DNA of 22,583 nucleotides from an uncultured bacterium (GTDB lineage: Bacteria > UBP14 > UBA6098 > B30-G16), in assembly GCA_965552135.1 (NCBI GenBank), contig CBEVQY010000033.1:1-22583 (forward strand), read 5' to 3'. Of this stretch, positions 1 to 8,494 are shown piece after piece. The stretch's first letter is position 1. Each line of letters begins with the position of its first letter. The translations under genes and the position numbers were made by a program. The notes below the pieces were generated by a model, which saw only the letters and a list, made by a program, of their open reading frames with translations, was not told the origin of the DNA and ran no database searches.

Positions 1-1
1 C

Positions 2-1198
2 GACGACAAAACGATAAGGGGCGCAAGACAGGCGGGGGTGTCGCTTGCGGAGTACACAGCCAAGTATAAGAAGGCGTTCTTCGAGGACATAGATACGCTC
101 AACATCGAGCGGGCGGAGTACTACCCCGAGGCGACGAAGCACATAGACGACATGGTTGCGCTCATCCAAAAGCTTTTGGAGAAGGGCTATGCTTACCGTG
201 GCGACGACGGGTCGATATACTACTCCATCGCCAAGTTTCCCGAGTACGGCAAGCTTTCGGGGAAGCGCCCAGAGCGGCTTATTGCCGGCGCGCGGGTCAG
301 GCACGACGAATATGACAAGGAGCAGTGGGCAGACTTCGCCCTCTGGAAAGCTTGGGACCCCGAAGATGGGGATGTTTTTTGGGAGACGCCGCTTGGGAAG
401 GGCAGACCGGGCTGGCACATTGAGTGCTCCGCTATGTCGATGAAGTACCTCGGCGAGACCTTCGACATCCACACGGGCGGAGAGGACAACATATTCCCCC
501 ACCACGAGAACGAGATCGCGCAGTCGGAGGCGGCGACGGGAAAGCCCTTCGTGAAGTACTGGCTGCACTGCGCCCACCTCATCGTCGAGGGGCGGAAGAT
601 GTCGAAGTCGCTGGGCAACTTCTACACCCTCCGCGACCTGCTCGAACGCGGATACAACCCCATGGCGATAAGGTATCTCCTTCTTTCGACCCACTACAGG
701 CAGAAGCTCAACTTCACCTTCGACGGTCTTTTGGCTGCGCAGGGCGCCGTCGACAGGCTCACCGAGTTCCGCGATATGCTCGCCGACTTCGCCCAGAAGG
801 ACACCCCGGGAACCGACAGGAAGGTCACCGATGCTTTCGCTGCCGGTCTTGCGGGTTTCGAGGCGGGGCTTGATGACGACCTCAACATCTCGGCTGCGCT
901 TGGGTCGGTCTTCGAGATGGTTCGCGCGGTCAACCGCATCGCCGCGCGCGACGGCATCACAAAAGCCGACGCGGAAAAGGGGCTTCAGACGCTTGAGAGG
1001 ATAAACTCTGTCCTCGGCGTTCTGCGCGAAAGCCAAAAGGAGCTTCCGCCGGAGATCGAGGCTTTGATAAAGGAGCGCGAGGCGGCACGGAGGCGAAAGG
1101 ACTACGCCACCGCCGACGCAATACGCGAAAAACTCCTTCGGATGGGGCTCGAGATCAAGGACACACCCGAGGGGACCAAGTGGCGCTGGCGGAGGTGA
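2..1198 (+). CDS. cysS: Cysteinyl-tRNA synthetase (5'-truncated by the window edge)
   Basis: Frame is open from base 2 (DDKTIRGARQAG...). Motifs DFALWK, GRPGWHIECSAM, DIHTGGEDNIFPHHENEIAQ, KMSKSLGN and a C-terminal anticodon-binding helix (AR...DYATADAIR). Confidence 0.98.
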   Translation, partial: DDKTIRGARQAGVSLAEYTAKYKKAFFEDIDTLNIERAEYYPEATKHIDDMVALIQKLLEKGYAYRGDDGSIYYSIAKFPEYGKLSGKRPERLIAGARVRHDEYDKEQWADFALWKAWDPEDGDVFWETPLGKGRPGWHIECSAMSMKYLGETFDIHTGGEDNIFPHHENEIAQSEAATGKPFVKYWLHCAHLIVEGRKMSKSLGNFYTLRDLLERGYNPMAIRYLLLSTHYRQKLNFTFDGLLAAQGAVDRLTEFRDMLADFAQKDTPGTDRKVTDAFAAGLAGFEAGLDDDLNISAALGSVFEMVRAVNRIAARDGITKADAEKGLQTLERINSVLGVLRESQKELPPEIEALIKEREAARRRKDYATADAIREKLLRMGLEIKDTPEGTKWRWRR

Positions 1199-1342
1199 TG
1201 TCCCCCCGGCGCCGGGGCTGATGTGGGGCGACCGACCCGCCCGGAAGGCGAGACGGACAGAAGGCTTTGCGGCTGACCAGACCTATAGATTTTGCGGCTG
1301 AACAGCCCGGCAGATTGGGCAGCAGACCGGTCCGAAAGGCAG

Positions 1343-1477
1343 GCAGTTGCTCAGCCCGAGGACAGGACAGCTTCCCCGAAAGGCAAGGCGGTTGACCCGC
1401 ACAAGGACAGGACGGTTGCCCCGCAGGGCGATGCAGTTGACCCGCCACAGGGACAGGGCGTTGACCCTTCCGGCAAA
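1343..1477 (+). repeat. Three degenerate 45-bp tandem repeats in the convergent cysS / beta-barrel intergenic region
   Basis: Units begin at 1343 (GCAGTTGCTCAGCCCGAGGACAGGAC), 1388 (GCGGTTGACCCGCACAAGGACAGGAC) and 1433 (GCAGTTGACCCGCCACAGGGACAGGGC), exactly 45 bp apart. Confidence 0.7.
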
Positions 1478-1503
1478 CGGGACAGCTGACCTCCCACCGG
1501 GAA

Positions 1504-2658
1504 TCAGAACGGGTGCCTTATGGAGAAATAGGTGGTCGAGCAGTCGAACTTCGGCGACCAGGCGAAGCCAAACCTTGCGGTAAGCTTTTTGCTGAACTTA
1601 AGCCCCAAGGCTATTCCCCACGTGTAGAACTGCTCCTCCGGCTGTGCGCCGTAGATTTTCCCGATGTCTATGGAGGGGATGATCTCGACGTCAGCGCGGA
1701 TGTCGGGAATTGTTCTCGGCGCAAGTAGGTGCAGAAGCGTTACGGGCGTGTACATCCTCGCTATGGGTGATATCCTTATGTCCGCCGCGACGATGAAGAA
1801 TGCGTATCCTGCGAGTTTTCGGTGCGGCACGCCGCGGAAGAGCTCAAAGTCGCTCGCCTTCCACGAGATAAGCTGCGGGACCTCGTGCGTGTAGTATGCG
1901 CCGGAGGTCCTTACTGCGATGACCGTGGGCGCCTGCACCGTCAAAAGCGGAATCTCCACAGGAAGCGCGGAGGTGGGGGTGTAGACGAACTGGTCGATGT
2001 ACACAAAGCCCGCAAGCCTGGGCGCTGGGGTTGTGCCGTCGACGTAGTCGGCTTCGGCAGAGTCGGTGAGGAGATATGACCCCCCTACTTCGATATTGAA
2101 GAGGTATCCGCTTTCGGGGTCCCAGTCGCCGCCGCGGCTGTCGTAGCCGTAAGAGACTCCGAAGGAGATGTATCTTGCCCGCGTCGTCTCGGGCGAGGCG
2201 ACCCAACCCTCATCGCCAAGGCTGTAGTCGCTTGTGTAGGTTCCGCTGCGGAAGTCGACGAAAAAACCCCAAACGGACTCGATCCCAGCCCTGTACCTCT
2301 GGTCGAGACGTACCCTAAGCTCGCTGACCCGCTCTATGGGCTGCGAGATTGTGGTCTCTTGGTCGGCAAGGTATATTTCGGGTTTGCGCGGGTCTTGGGT
2401 TTCGGCGTCGATGAACTTCGCCACAACCTTTGTGGATACGCCCACAAGCGGCATCTCAAGCGTCAGCTGCCCGCGCAGGGCGCCGCTTTCGGGTGCATAC
2501 ATGCCCTCCGCCGCGCAGTACTCGAGCGAGTCGGAGAACCCAAGCGCCGCGTACGCCGTCCAGCCGTCGTGGTAGTCCCAGAACGCACCGGGAACGAAGA
2601 ACCACGCGAAGGCTGCGCCGCACAAAAAAGCGCATAAAGCCAAAGCTCGCATCTCCAA
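1504..2658 (-). CDS. Outer-membrane beta-barrel protein, Omp85/BamA-TamA surface-antigen-like barrel without POTRA domains (start TTG 2658 or ATG 2652)
   Basis: Signal peptide (MRALALCAFLCGAAFA), alternating aromatic beta-strands, YDSR...P..G motif typical of Omp85-family barrels, C-terminal YFSIRHPF ending in Phe. Confidence 0.7.
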   Translation of the reverse strand: MEMRALALCAFLCGAAFAWFFVPGAFWDYHDGWTAYAALGFSDSLEYCAAEGMYAPESGALRGQLTLEMPLVGVSTKVVAKFIDAETQDPRKPEIYLADQETTISQPIERVSELRVRLDQRYRAGIESVWGFFVDFRSGTYTSDYSLGDEGWVASPETTRARYISFGVSYGYDSRGGDWDPESGYLFNIEVGGSYLLTDSAEADYVDGTTPAPRLAGFVYIDQFVYTPTSALPVEIPLLTVQAPTVIAVRTSGAYYTHEVPQLISWKASDFELFRGVPHRKLAGYAFFIVAADIRISPIARMYTPVTLLHLLAPRTIPDIRADVEIIPSIDIGKIYGAQPEEQFYTWGIALGLKFSKKLTARFGFAWSPKFDCSTTYFSIRHPF

Positions 2659-2661
2659 CTC

Positions 2662-3864
2662 CTACTTCCCCATGCTCTTCCAGAGGGTTTTTCGGAGCTT
2701 GTAGGGATCAAGCTCCTTGTCGTAGTACCGCACGAAGGCGTCGACGACGCGGGGGTCGAAGGCTGTGCCCCGCATGCGGATGATCTCCTCCTTCGCCTCG
2801 GCAAACGTCATGGGGGAGTGGTACTCCCTAAACGACGTAAGCGCGTCGAACACGTCGGCGAGGGCGATTATGCGCGCGCCCAGGGGGATCTGGTCGTCCT
2901 TCTTGCCGAAGGGGTAGCCCTTGCCGTCCCAGCGCTCGTGGTGCTCCGAGGCTATGAGGGGAATGTCGCGCAGGTTGCCGGAAAATTTTATGCGGGAGAG
3001 AATCCTGTATGTCATAAGCGCGTGCCGCTTGATTTGCTCGTATTCGTCCTCGGTGAGTTTTCCTGCCTTCTGGAGAATCGAGTCGGGCACGGCGATCTTG
3101 CCGTAGTCGTGCAGAAGCGCCGCCCAGTATATCTTGTCTATCGTCTCCTGCGGCAGACCCATCTCCTTTGCGATTCCCTTGGCGTATATTGCGACGCGCC
3201 TCGAGTGACCCCGCGCAACGGGGTGCTTGGCGTCGATGGTGAATGCCATAACGTCGATGAAGCTCTCGAAGGTCTCCAGAAGCTGGGTGTAGAGCATTGC
3301 GTTTTCGATTGTGGAGGCAATTTGAGCCGCCACGGCTTCGAGGAACCTCTTGTCCTGTTCGTCGAATGTGTCGGAGCCGCTTTTGTTTATCGCCTCGAAG
3401 ACGCCTATCGCTCTCCCGCGCCTGTCGAATAGGGGAAGCGCAGCAAGGCTTTTTGCGACGTCGCACATCTTGGCGTCGGTGTTGGGATCGAAGCGGGGGT
3501 CGGAGTTGGCGTCGTCGACCACAACGGTTTCCTTGTGCTCAAGCACCCAGCCAACTATCCCGTGACCGCGCGGAATTATTATCGGCTTCGACTGCGGCGA
3601 AAGCTTCGTCCAGAGAATCCCCTTGTCGGGGTTGTAGACGAATATGGCGCACTTCTCCGCACCAACGCTTTCGGAGATGTGGTCCACGATAAGGGGCAGC
3701 AGCGAGTCGAGGTCCATCTCGCGTTGGATCACCTGCCCTATCTCCAAAAGCCTTCGGAAGCGCCGAAGCTCACCCTCAAGCTGCCTGACGTAAGCCTCGA
3801 GTTCCTCAACGCGCTCCCTGAGCGAGGCGTTCCGGGCAGCCTCGTTAGCCGTCCGCTCCTTCAT
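2662..3864 (-). CDS. GAF + HD-GYP domain protein (probable cyclic-dinucleotide phosphodiesterase)
   Basis: N-terminal coiled coil, GAF domain (GIVGWV, DPRF, NK..F...D), then HSRRV, LLHDYGKI, HHERWDGKGYP, IPLGARIIALADVFDAL and FDP motifs. Confidence 0.95.
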   Translation of the reverse strand: MKERTANEAARNASLRERVEELEAYVRQLEGELRRFRRLLEIGQVIQREMDLDSLLPLIVDHISESVGAEKCAIFVYNPDKGILWTKLSPQSKPIIIPRGHGIVGWVLEHKETVVVDDANSDPRFDPNTDAKMCDVAKSLAALPLFDRRGRAIGVFEAINKSGSDTFDEQDKRFLEAVAAQIASTIENAMLYTQLLETFESFIDVMAFTIDAKHPVARGHSRRVAIYAKGIAKEMGLPQETIDKIYWAALLHDYGKIAVPDSILQKAGKLTEDEYEQIKRHALMTYRILSRIKFSGNLRDIPLIASEHHERWDGKGYPFGKKDDQIPLGARIIALADVFDALTSFREYHSPMTFAEAKEEIIRMRGTAFDPRVVDAFVRYYDKELDPYKLRKTLWKSMGK

Positions 3865-3875
3865 CTTGAGAAAAT

Positions 3876-3904
3876 AAAATAACTTCGCACCCTGTATTGC
3901 GCAA
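3876..3904 (-). promoter_or_regulatory. Candidate sigma70 promoter of the HD-GYP gene (near-leaderless mRNA)
   Basis: On the minus strand TTGCGC-N17-TATTTT ends 11 nt before the ATG at 3864; no Shine-Dalgarno sequence. Confidence 0.5.
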
Positions 3905-3934
3905 GGACTTTGAGCTTTTGGGTAGCGATTTTCC

Positions 3935-3962
3935 TTGACAAAGGCTTTGGCGGCGATATTTT
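3935..3962 (+). promoter_or_regulatory. Sigma70 promoter of tRNA-Glu
   Basis: TTGACA (3935-3940)-N16-TATTTT (3957-3962), followed by a GC-rich discriminator-like GGGCGGG just before the tRNA. Confidence 0.65.
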
Positions 3963-3974
3963 AATTGGGCGGGT

Positions 3975-4048
3975 GACCCCATCGTCCAGCCAGGTTAGGA
4001 CACAGGCCTTTCAAGCCTGTAACACGGGTTCAAATCCCGTTGGGGTCA
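3975..4048 (+). tRNA. tRNA-Glu(UUC), CCA not encoded
   Basis: Cloverleaf: acceptor GACCCCA/TGGGGTC, D-stem GTCC/GGAC, anticodon stem CAGGC/GCCTG with loop CTTTCAA (TTC at 4010-4012), T-arm ACGGG-TTCAAAT-CCCGT, discriminator A followed by CTTTTT. Confidence 0.97.
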
Positions 4049-4064
4049 CTTTTTATTTTTTGTG

Positions 4065-4092
4065 TTGACAGTGTGGATGGCTGGGTTATTTT
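4065..4092 (+). promoter_or_regulatory. Sigma70 promoter of the MBL hydrolase gene
   Basis: TTGACA (4065-4070)-N16-TATTTT (4087-4092); SD AAGGAGG upstream of ATG 4126. Confidence 0.6.
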
Positions 4093-4125
4093 TGTTCGAC
4101 TAAACCGGCTGCAAGGAGGGAGGGC

Positions 4126-4809
4126 ATGGCTCGAGTTCGTTTTCTGGGGCACGCGGCCTTCGAGGTCGTTTTGGCGGGGAAGAAGATCCTCATAGATCCG
4201 TTCATCAAGGGGAACCCGCAGGCGGCGGTTCAGCCTTCTGAACTCTCGCCCGACTACATCGTCGTCACGCACGGTCACGGAGACCACCTGGGCGACGCGG
4301 TTGAGATAGCCATAAAAAACGAGGCGACCATAATAGCTCCCTACGAGGTCGCCGTCTACTGCGGGAACAAGGGAGCAAAAACGCACCCGATGCACATAGG
4401 CGGAAGCTACCCCTTCGACTTCGGCGTCGTGCGGCTAACCCCCGCGTGGCACGGATCGACGATAGTGGAGGAGGATAAGATGATCCCCAGCGGCACGCCG
4501 GCTGGGGTCATGCTCGAGGCGGAAGGGAAGATAGTCTACCATGCGGGCGATACGGGGCTTTTCGGCGACATGAAGCTTTTGGGAGAGCGCTTTCCCATTG
4601 ATGTCGCCATGCTCCCCATAGGGGGCAATTTCACAATGGATATCGATGATGCCGCGTACGCCGTAACGCTCCTTAAGCCCAAGGTGGTTATCCCAATGCA
4701 CTACAACACATTCCCCGTCATCGAGGCTTCGCCTGAGGAGTTTGCCGACAAGGTTGGCGACGCGGCGAAGGTCGTTATCCTGAAGCCCGGCGAAACGTAC
4801 GAGTTCTAA
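4126..4809 (+). CDS. Metal-dependent hydrolase, metallo-beta-lactamase fold (UPF0173/YtkL-like)
   Basis: FLGHA, IDPF, THGHGDH (HxHxDH), YHAGDTG, LPIGG and PMHYNTF motifs. Confidence 0.93.
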   Translation: MARVRFLGHAAFEVVLAGKKILIDPFIKGNPQAAVQPSELSPDYIVVTHGHGDHLGDAVEIAIKNEATIIAPYEVAVYCGNKGAKTHPMHIGGSYPFDFGVVRLTPAWHGSTIVEEDKMIPSGTPAGVMLEAEGKIVYHAGDTGLFGDMKLLGERFPIDVAMLPIGGNFTMDIDDAAYAVTLLKPKVVIPMHYNTFPVIEASPEEFADKVGDAAKVVILKPGETYEF

Positions 4810-4827
4810 TCTGGTTGCGGAGCGGGA

Positions 4828-5331
4828 ATGTCTCGGGGCTCAAACTATTGCGTCTCCTCACTTCTGGCGGGGGTTATCGCCGCCTTCCTTTCGGCTATAC
4901 CCTATATCTCCAGCCTCAACTGCCTTTGCTGTCTGTGGCTTGTTGGCGGCGGCGTTTGGTCGGCGTATCTATTCTACTGGAGCGAGGGGGCGATAACGTT
5001 CGGTCAGGGCGTTGTGACGGGCGTTCTTTCGGGGCTTTGGGCGTCGCCCGTGTACGCCGTTTTGAGCACGATCATCTGGAGCGCGGCGAAAGACAGGTTC
5101 GCTGCGCAGGTTCAGGTTGTGCTGGAGCACTCGCAGCAGATGCCACACGAGTTCTCGGAGGTGTTCGCCGATATCCTTATGTCGCCTCTGAGCGTTTTTC
5201 TCATCACGCTTGCGAGCGCACTTTTGGTCTTTCCGGTGGTGATGGGCGTTGGTGGCGTAATCGGCGCCGCGATATGGGGATGTCGCGTTCGGAGGGGTGA
5301 CACCGTAGGCTCAGGCGAAAAGCGGGAATAA
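4828..5331 (+). CDS. Hypothetical integral membrane protein (about 4 TM helices) with an LNCLCCLW motif
   Basis: 167 aa with several hydrophobic segments, 18 bp after the hydrolase stop. Overlaps the 3' end of the convergent ispH gene by 21 bp. Confidence 0.75.
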   Translation: MSRGSNYCVSSLLAGVIAAFLSAIPYISSLNCLCCLWLVGGGVWSAYLFYWSEGAITFGQGVVTGVLSGLWASPVYAVLSTIIWSAAKDRFAAQVQVVLEHSQQMPHEFSEVFADILMSPLSVFLITLASALLVFPVVMGVGGVIGAAIWGCRVRRGDTVGSGEKRE

Positions 5332-6972
5332 AAGCGCTGTGATGAGCACAATTCCCTCCACGATCGTTTCGATGTAGGTGCCGCGCCTTATGATTCTGGC
5401 GCCCACTGCTGCTGCCACGACCCACATCGCTACGGCGCCTGCGGCGAACGGGAGCATCGATGTTGGCGCGGCGAGTGCGAGGGCAACGCCAACAAGCGCT
5501 GCTAAGGCTCCCAAAGCCATCGAAAGGCGCCTGCCGAGGGTCGCCGTCATCGACTTGCGCTGAAGAATCCTGTCGGTCTCAAGCTCCTTGAGCCCCAGGG
5601 CGAGTCCCCTGAGTCCGCCGAAGACAGCTATCGATAAAAGGGCTCCGACGTCCAGCGGCGTTCCCAGGAACCATATCGCGCTGATCCAGGCAAGCAGCAC
5701 GAATCCGTCTTTGATAAACGCCGGCAGCACGTGCTCGAGGACACCGAGTCTCCAGTAGGCGAGCACTGCGGCGGCTATGACCGCGGTGGCTATGCACTCG
5801 GGCGCTCCCAGTGCGGCAGAAAGCGCCACGGCAGCCGCAAGAGACAAAAGCGCCGCCGGAAGGAGAACGTGCTTGGTCTGGCGCACAAACTGGATCTTGC
5901 TGGGATCCATAAGCGCCATCCCCTGCCACTCGCGATGCTGGTAGAGGTTTGTGAGGGCAAAGAGCAGGGTGCACGTCGCAAAAGCCCTCGGGACGGGGTT
6001 TGGGAGGTTGTACGCCATTGCGATTGTGCCCGTAAGCGTAGCCGCCGCCGCTGCCGCGAGGAAGTTACTGCGCAGGACGGCATAGGCTATGTTTTTGAGC
6101 CAGCGCCAGCGCCACGGCGGAAGGAATCGCCTGTGCATCGTCGCAAGTCTTTCGACCACTGCGTCGACCACCCAATGTGGCGTGGATGCGCCGGCGACGA
6201 CGGCAACGCGCTCGATGCCTAAAAAATCGTCTGCGGAAAGCTGCGATGCCGACTCGACCCAAAAGGTCGGAAGCCCCGTCTGCGACGCAAGCTTGTAGAG
6301 CCTGCGGGTGTTGGCGCTGTTGCGACCGCCTATCACAACGAAGGCGTCAGCCTCCGAGGCAAGCTCCTTTATCTCGTCCTGGCGGAAGGATGTCTCGCTG
6401 CAGAGAGTGTTTTTCACGACGACGTTTTCGAACTTTCGTTTAACGGCGTCGACGACCGATTCGAACGTTTGCCGGTCCATCGTCGTCTGCGCGACGACGA
6501 CGACCTTCTCCCAGTCCGGAAGAGCCGCAACCTCATCGGGTGAGGCTACGACGGCGACGGGCGTTGTAGCCTCGCCCTTTATCCCAACAACCTCCGCGTG
6601 CTGCGCGTCGCCGACTATGATGACGGCGTAACCCTCGCCGGAGTAGCGCCTCACTATCGCGTGGACGTGGGCGACCTTGGGGCATGTGGCGTCGAAGATA
6701 GTGTATCCTGCTTCGGCAAGTTTTTGTCGCGTCTGCGGGGGTATGCCGTGGGACCTTATGACGACGATGTCGCCCGCCGAGCCGTCCTGCGGCGATTCCA
6801 GAACGCCGATGCCCTTCTCGCGCAGCATCTCGACGGTTTGGGGGTTGTGTATGAGCGGTCCGAGGGTGAAGATCCTTTTGCCCCTGTGTTCGTCAGCGAG
6901 GCGCAGGACGAGCTCCACGGCGCGCTTGACGCCAATGCAAAAGCCTGCGCTTTTGGCAACCTTCACCTTCAA
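5311..6972 (-). CDS. ispH: 4-hydroxy-3-methylbut-2-enyl diphosphate reductase (IspH/LytB) fused to a C-terminal UbiA-like membrane domain
   Basis: AGFC.GVKRA, LIHNP, IRSHG, DATCP, HAEV, AQTT, NTLC..T..RQ, GG..SANT, GASTP in the first ~280 aa (three Fe-S cysteines). The remaining ~270 aa form a polytopic membrane domain with a UbiA-like second motif (LKELETDRILQRKSMTATLG). TTG start with SD GGAGGT. Confidence 0.93.
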   Translation of the reverse strand: MKVKVAKSAGFCIGVKRAVELVLRLADEHRGKRIFTLGPLIHNPQTVEMLREKGIGVLESPQDGSAGDIVVIRSHGIPPQTRQKLAEAGYTIFDATCPKVAHVHAIVRRYSGEGYAVIIVGDAQHAEVVGIKGEATTPVAVVASPDEVAALPDWEKVVVVAQTTMDRQTFESVVDAVKRKFENVVVKNTLCSETSFRQDEIKELASEADAFVVIGGRNSANTRRLYKLASQTGLPTFWVESASQLSADDFLGIERVAVVAGASTPHWVVDAVVERLATMHRRFLPPWRWRWLKNIAYAVLRSNFLAAAAAATLTGTIAMAYNLPNPVPRAFATCTLLFALTNLYQHREWQGMALMDPSKIQFVRQTKHVLLPAALLSLAAAVALSAALGAPECIATAVIAAAVLAYWRLGVLEHVLPAFIKDGFVLLAWISAIWFLGTPLDVGALLSIAVFGGLRGLALGLKELETDRILQRKSMTATLGRRLSMALGALAALVGVALALAAPTSMLPFAAGAVAMWVVAAAVGARIIRRGTYIETIVEGIVLITALLFPLFA

Positions 6973-6978
6973 GGCGCG

Positions 6979-7578
6979 CTACCTCCCCGCGTGTTCGAAC
7001 TCGAAGTGCACGCCCAGAAAGTCGCCGGTGTACGACTGCGGCAGGGGCGGCAGCGGCGACGAAGCCAGAACCGCCCTGAGTGCAGCCTGATCGAAGAGGC
7101 TGTTGCCCGAGCTGCGCTCAACCTTCACGTCGACAACATCGCCGCTGCGCAGAATCCTGAAGTATATCACAACCGATATCCTCCGCCCGCCGCGCAGCGG
7201 GTTGAGCCAGTTGTTGGCTATCTTGGTCATTATGAGGTTCAGGTAGAAGTCGTCGGAGAAGTTTTTGCCCTCCACCGATATGCTCGCCGTTCCGCCCGAG
7301 ACGGCTTTGCGCGGACGGGTCGGCTTCGGCTTGGGGCGCTTCTTCGGCTTCCTGCGTTTGCTGGGTTTGTGCTGAACTTTTGGCTTGGGGGTTTTGGGTT
7401 TTTCCTTTTGAGGCGTAACCTGCGTTTTCGCCTGCGTCTCAGGCACGGGCGCGGCAAGAATCCTCACGGTGTAGACCCTCTGCGGCGGCTTCATCGGCGA
7501 CGAAAGAGCCGCAGCAACGTACAGGAGAACCAAAAGAAGTATGTGCGCCGAAAGGGATATTAAGAAGGCTCGTCTCAT
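6979..7578 (-). CDS. TonB/TolA-family energy transducer
   Basis: N-terminal TM with S-x3-H motif (ISLSAHILL), Lys/Pro-rich linker, C-terminal domain (Y...I..KI..NW..P...F.I..SG.V...V.RSSGN..FDQAALRAV...PLPPLP). Confidence 0.88.
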   Translation of the reverse strand: MRRAFLISLSAHILLLVLLYVAAALSSPMKPPQRVYTVRILAAPVPETQAKTQVTPQKEKPKTPKPKVQHKPSKRRKPKKRPKPKPTRPRKAVSGGTASISVEGKNFSDDFYLNLIMTKIANNWLNPLRGGRRISVVIYFRILRSGDVVDVKVERSSGNSLFDQAALRAVLASSPLPPLPQSYTGDFLGVHFEFEHAGR

Positions 7579-7582
7579 CTTT

Positions 7583-8482
7583 TCAGAAGCTGGTCATCTG
7601 TCTGAATTGCTCCAGCCGTCGCTCGACGTCGTCTCTCGTTATAGCCTCGAGCCTTTGTATCGAGAAGCCTTCGACGCAGAAGCTGCCTATCACGCATCCG
7701 TAGACGACGGCTTTGCGCAGGATGTCCGTGGTAAGCCTGCCCTGCGAGGCGATGTATCCCATCATTCCGCCGGCGAAGGAGTCGCCTGCGCCCGTCGGGT
7801 CCATCACCTTTTCGGTTGGGAATGCGGGGACGACGAAGATTTTGTCTTCGTCGAGCATCATGGCGCCGTATGCGCCGCGCTTTACGACGATAGTGCGCGG
7901 TCCAAGCGCCTGAAGCCTTTCGGCACCCGCAAGAACCGAGCGAACACCCGTAAGAAGCCTCACCTCAAGCTCGTTTAAAACGACCATGTCGACCCGCCTT
8001 ATGACCTCCATAAGGCTTTCGCGCTCGTTTTCGATCCAGCATGTTATCGTGTCGGCGGCAACAAGCTTGGGGGAGTTCATCTGCGCAAGTACCTGAAGCT
8101 GCAGCTTTGGGTGGATGTTGCCCAGGAAGACGAAGGGGATGTCCCTGTACGCGGGCGGCAGGTCGGGTGAGAAGTCGGCGTAGACGTTAAGCTGCGTCAC
8201 GAGCGTTTCGGGGTCGCCGAACGACTCGTCGTATCTTCCGTGCCAGCGGAAGGTTTTGCCCTCGGCTATGTAGAGCCCGTCGAGGTTTATGCCGCGCTGG
8301 CGGAGCTTGGCGATGTGCTCCTCGGGGAAGTCTGTCCCAACCACGCCAACTATGTGGACGGGCGAGAAGATGCTTGCCGCAACGGAAAAATACGTCGCCG
8401 AGCCGCCAAGACCATCCGTTATCTGACCCCTGGGCGTAACCACCGTGTCCAGGGCGACCGAGCCCACAACAAGCAAGCTCAT
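7583..8482 (-). CDS. PfkB/ribokinase-family sugar or nucleoside kinase
   Basis: VVGSVALD, GGSATY, NELE, VVKRG..G and DPTGAGDSFAGG signature. Confidence 0.93.
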   Translation of the reverse strand: MSLLVVGSVALDTVVTPRGQITDGLGGSATYFSVAASIFSPVHIVGVVGTDFPEEHIAKLRQRGINLDGLYIAEGKTFRWHGRYDESFGDPETLVTQLNVYADFSPDLPPAYRDIPFVFLGNIHPKLQLQVLAQMNSPKLVAADTITCWIENERESLMEVIRRVDMVVLNELEVRLLTGVRSVLAGAERLQALGPRTIVVKRGAYGAMMLDEDKIFVVPAFPTEKVMDPTGAGDSFAGGMMGYIASQGRLTTDILRKAVVYGCVIGSFCVEGFSIQRLEAITRDDVERRLEQFRQMTSF

Positions 8483-8494
8483 AACAAAGCCCCC

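Noticed and set aside
1230..1400. c-di-GMP riboswitch or SRP RNA (GAAA/GGAA loops, near an HD-GYP gene)
   Set aside because: The conserved cores could not be matched by eye, and the region is downstream of convergent genes rather than in a 5' leader. An Rfam scan would settle it.
1343..1477. CRISPR array
   Set aside because: The repeats are degenerate and contiguous with no unique spacers, and there are no cas genes in the window.
4030..4395. 121-aa minus-strand ORF overlapping the tRNA and the hydrolase gene
   Set aside because: It is an antisense shadow of two well-supported features.
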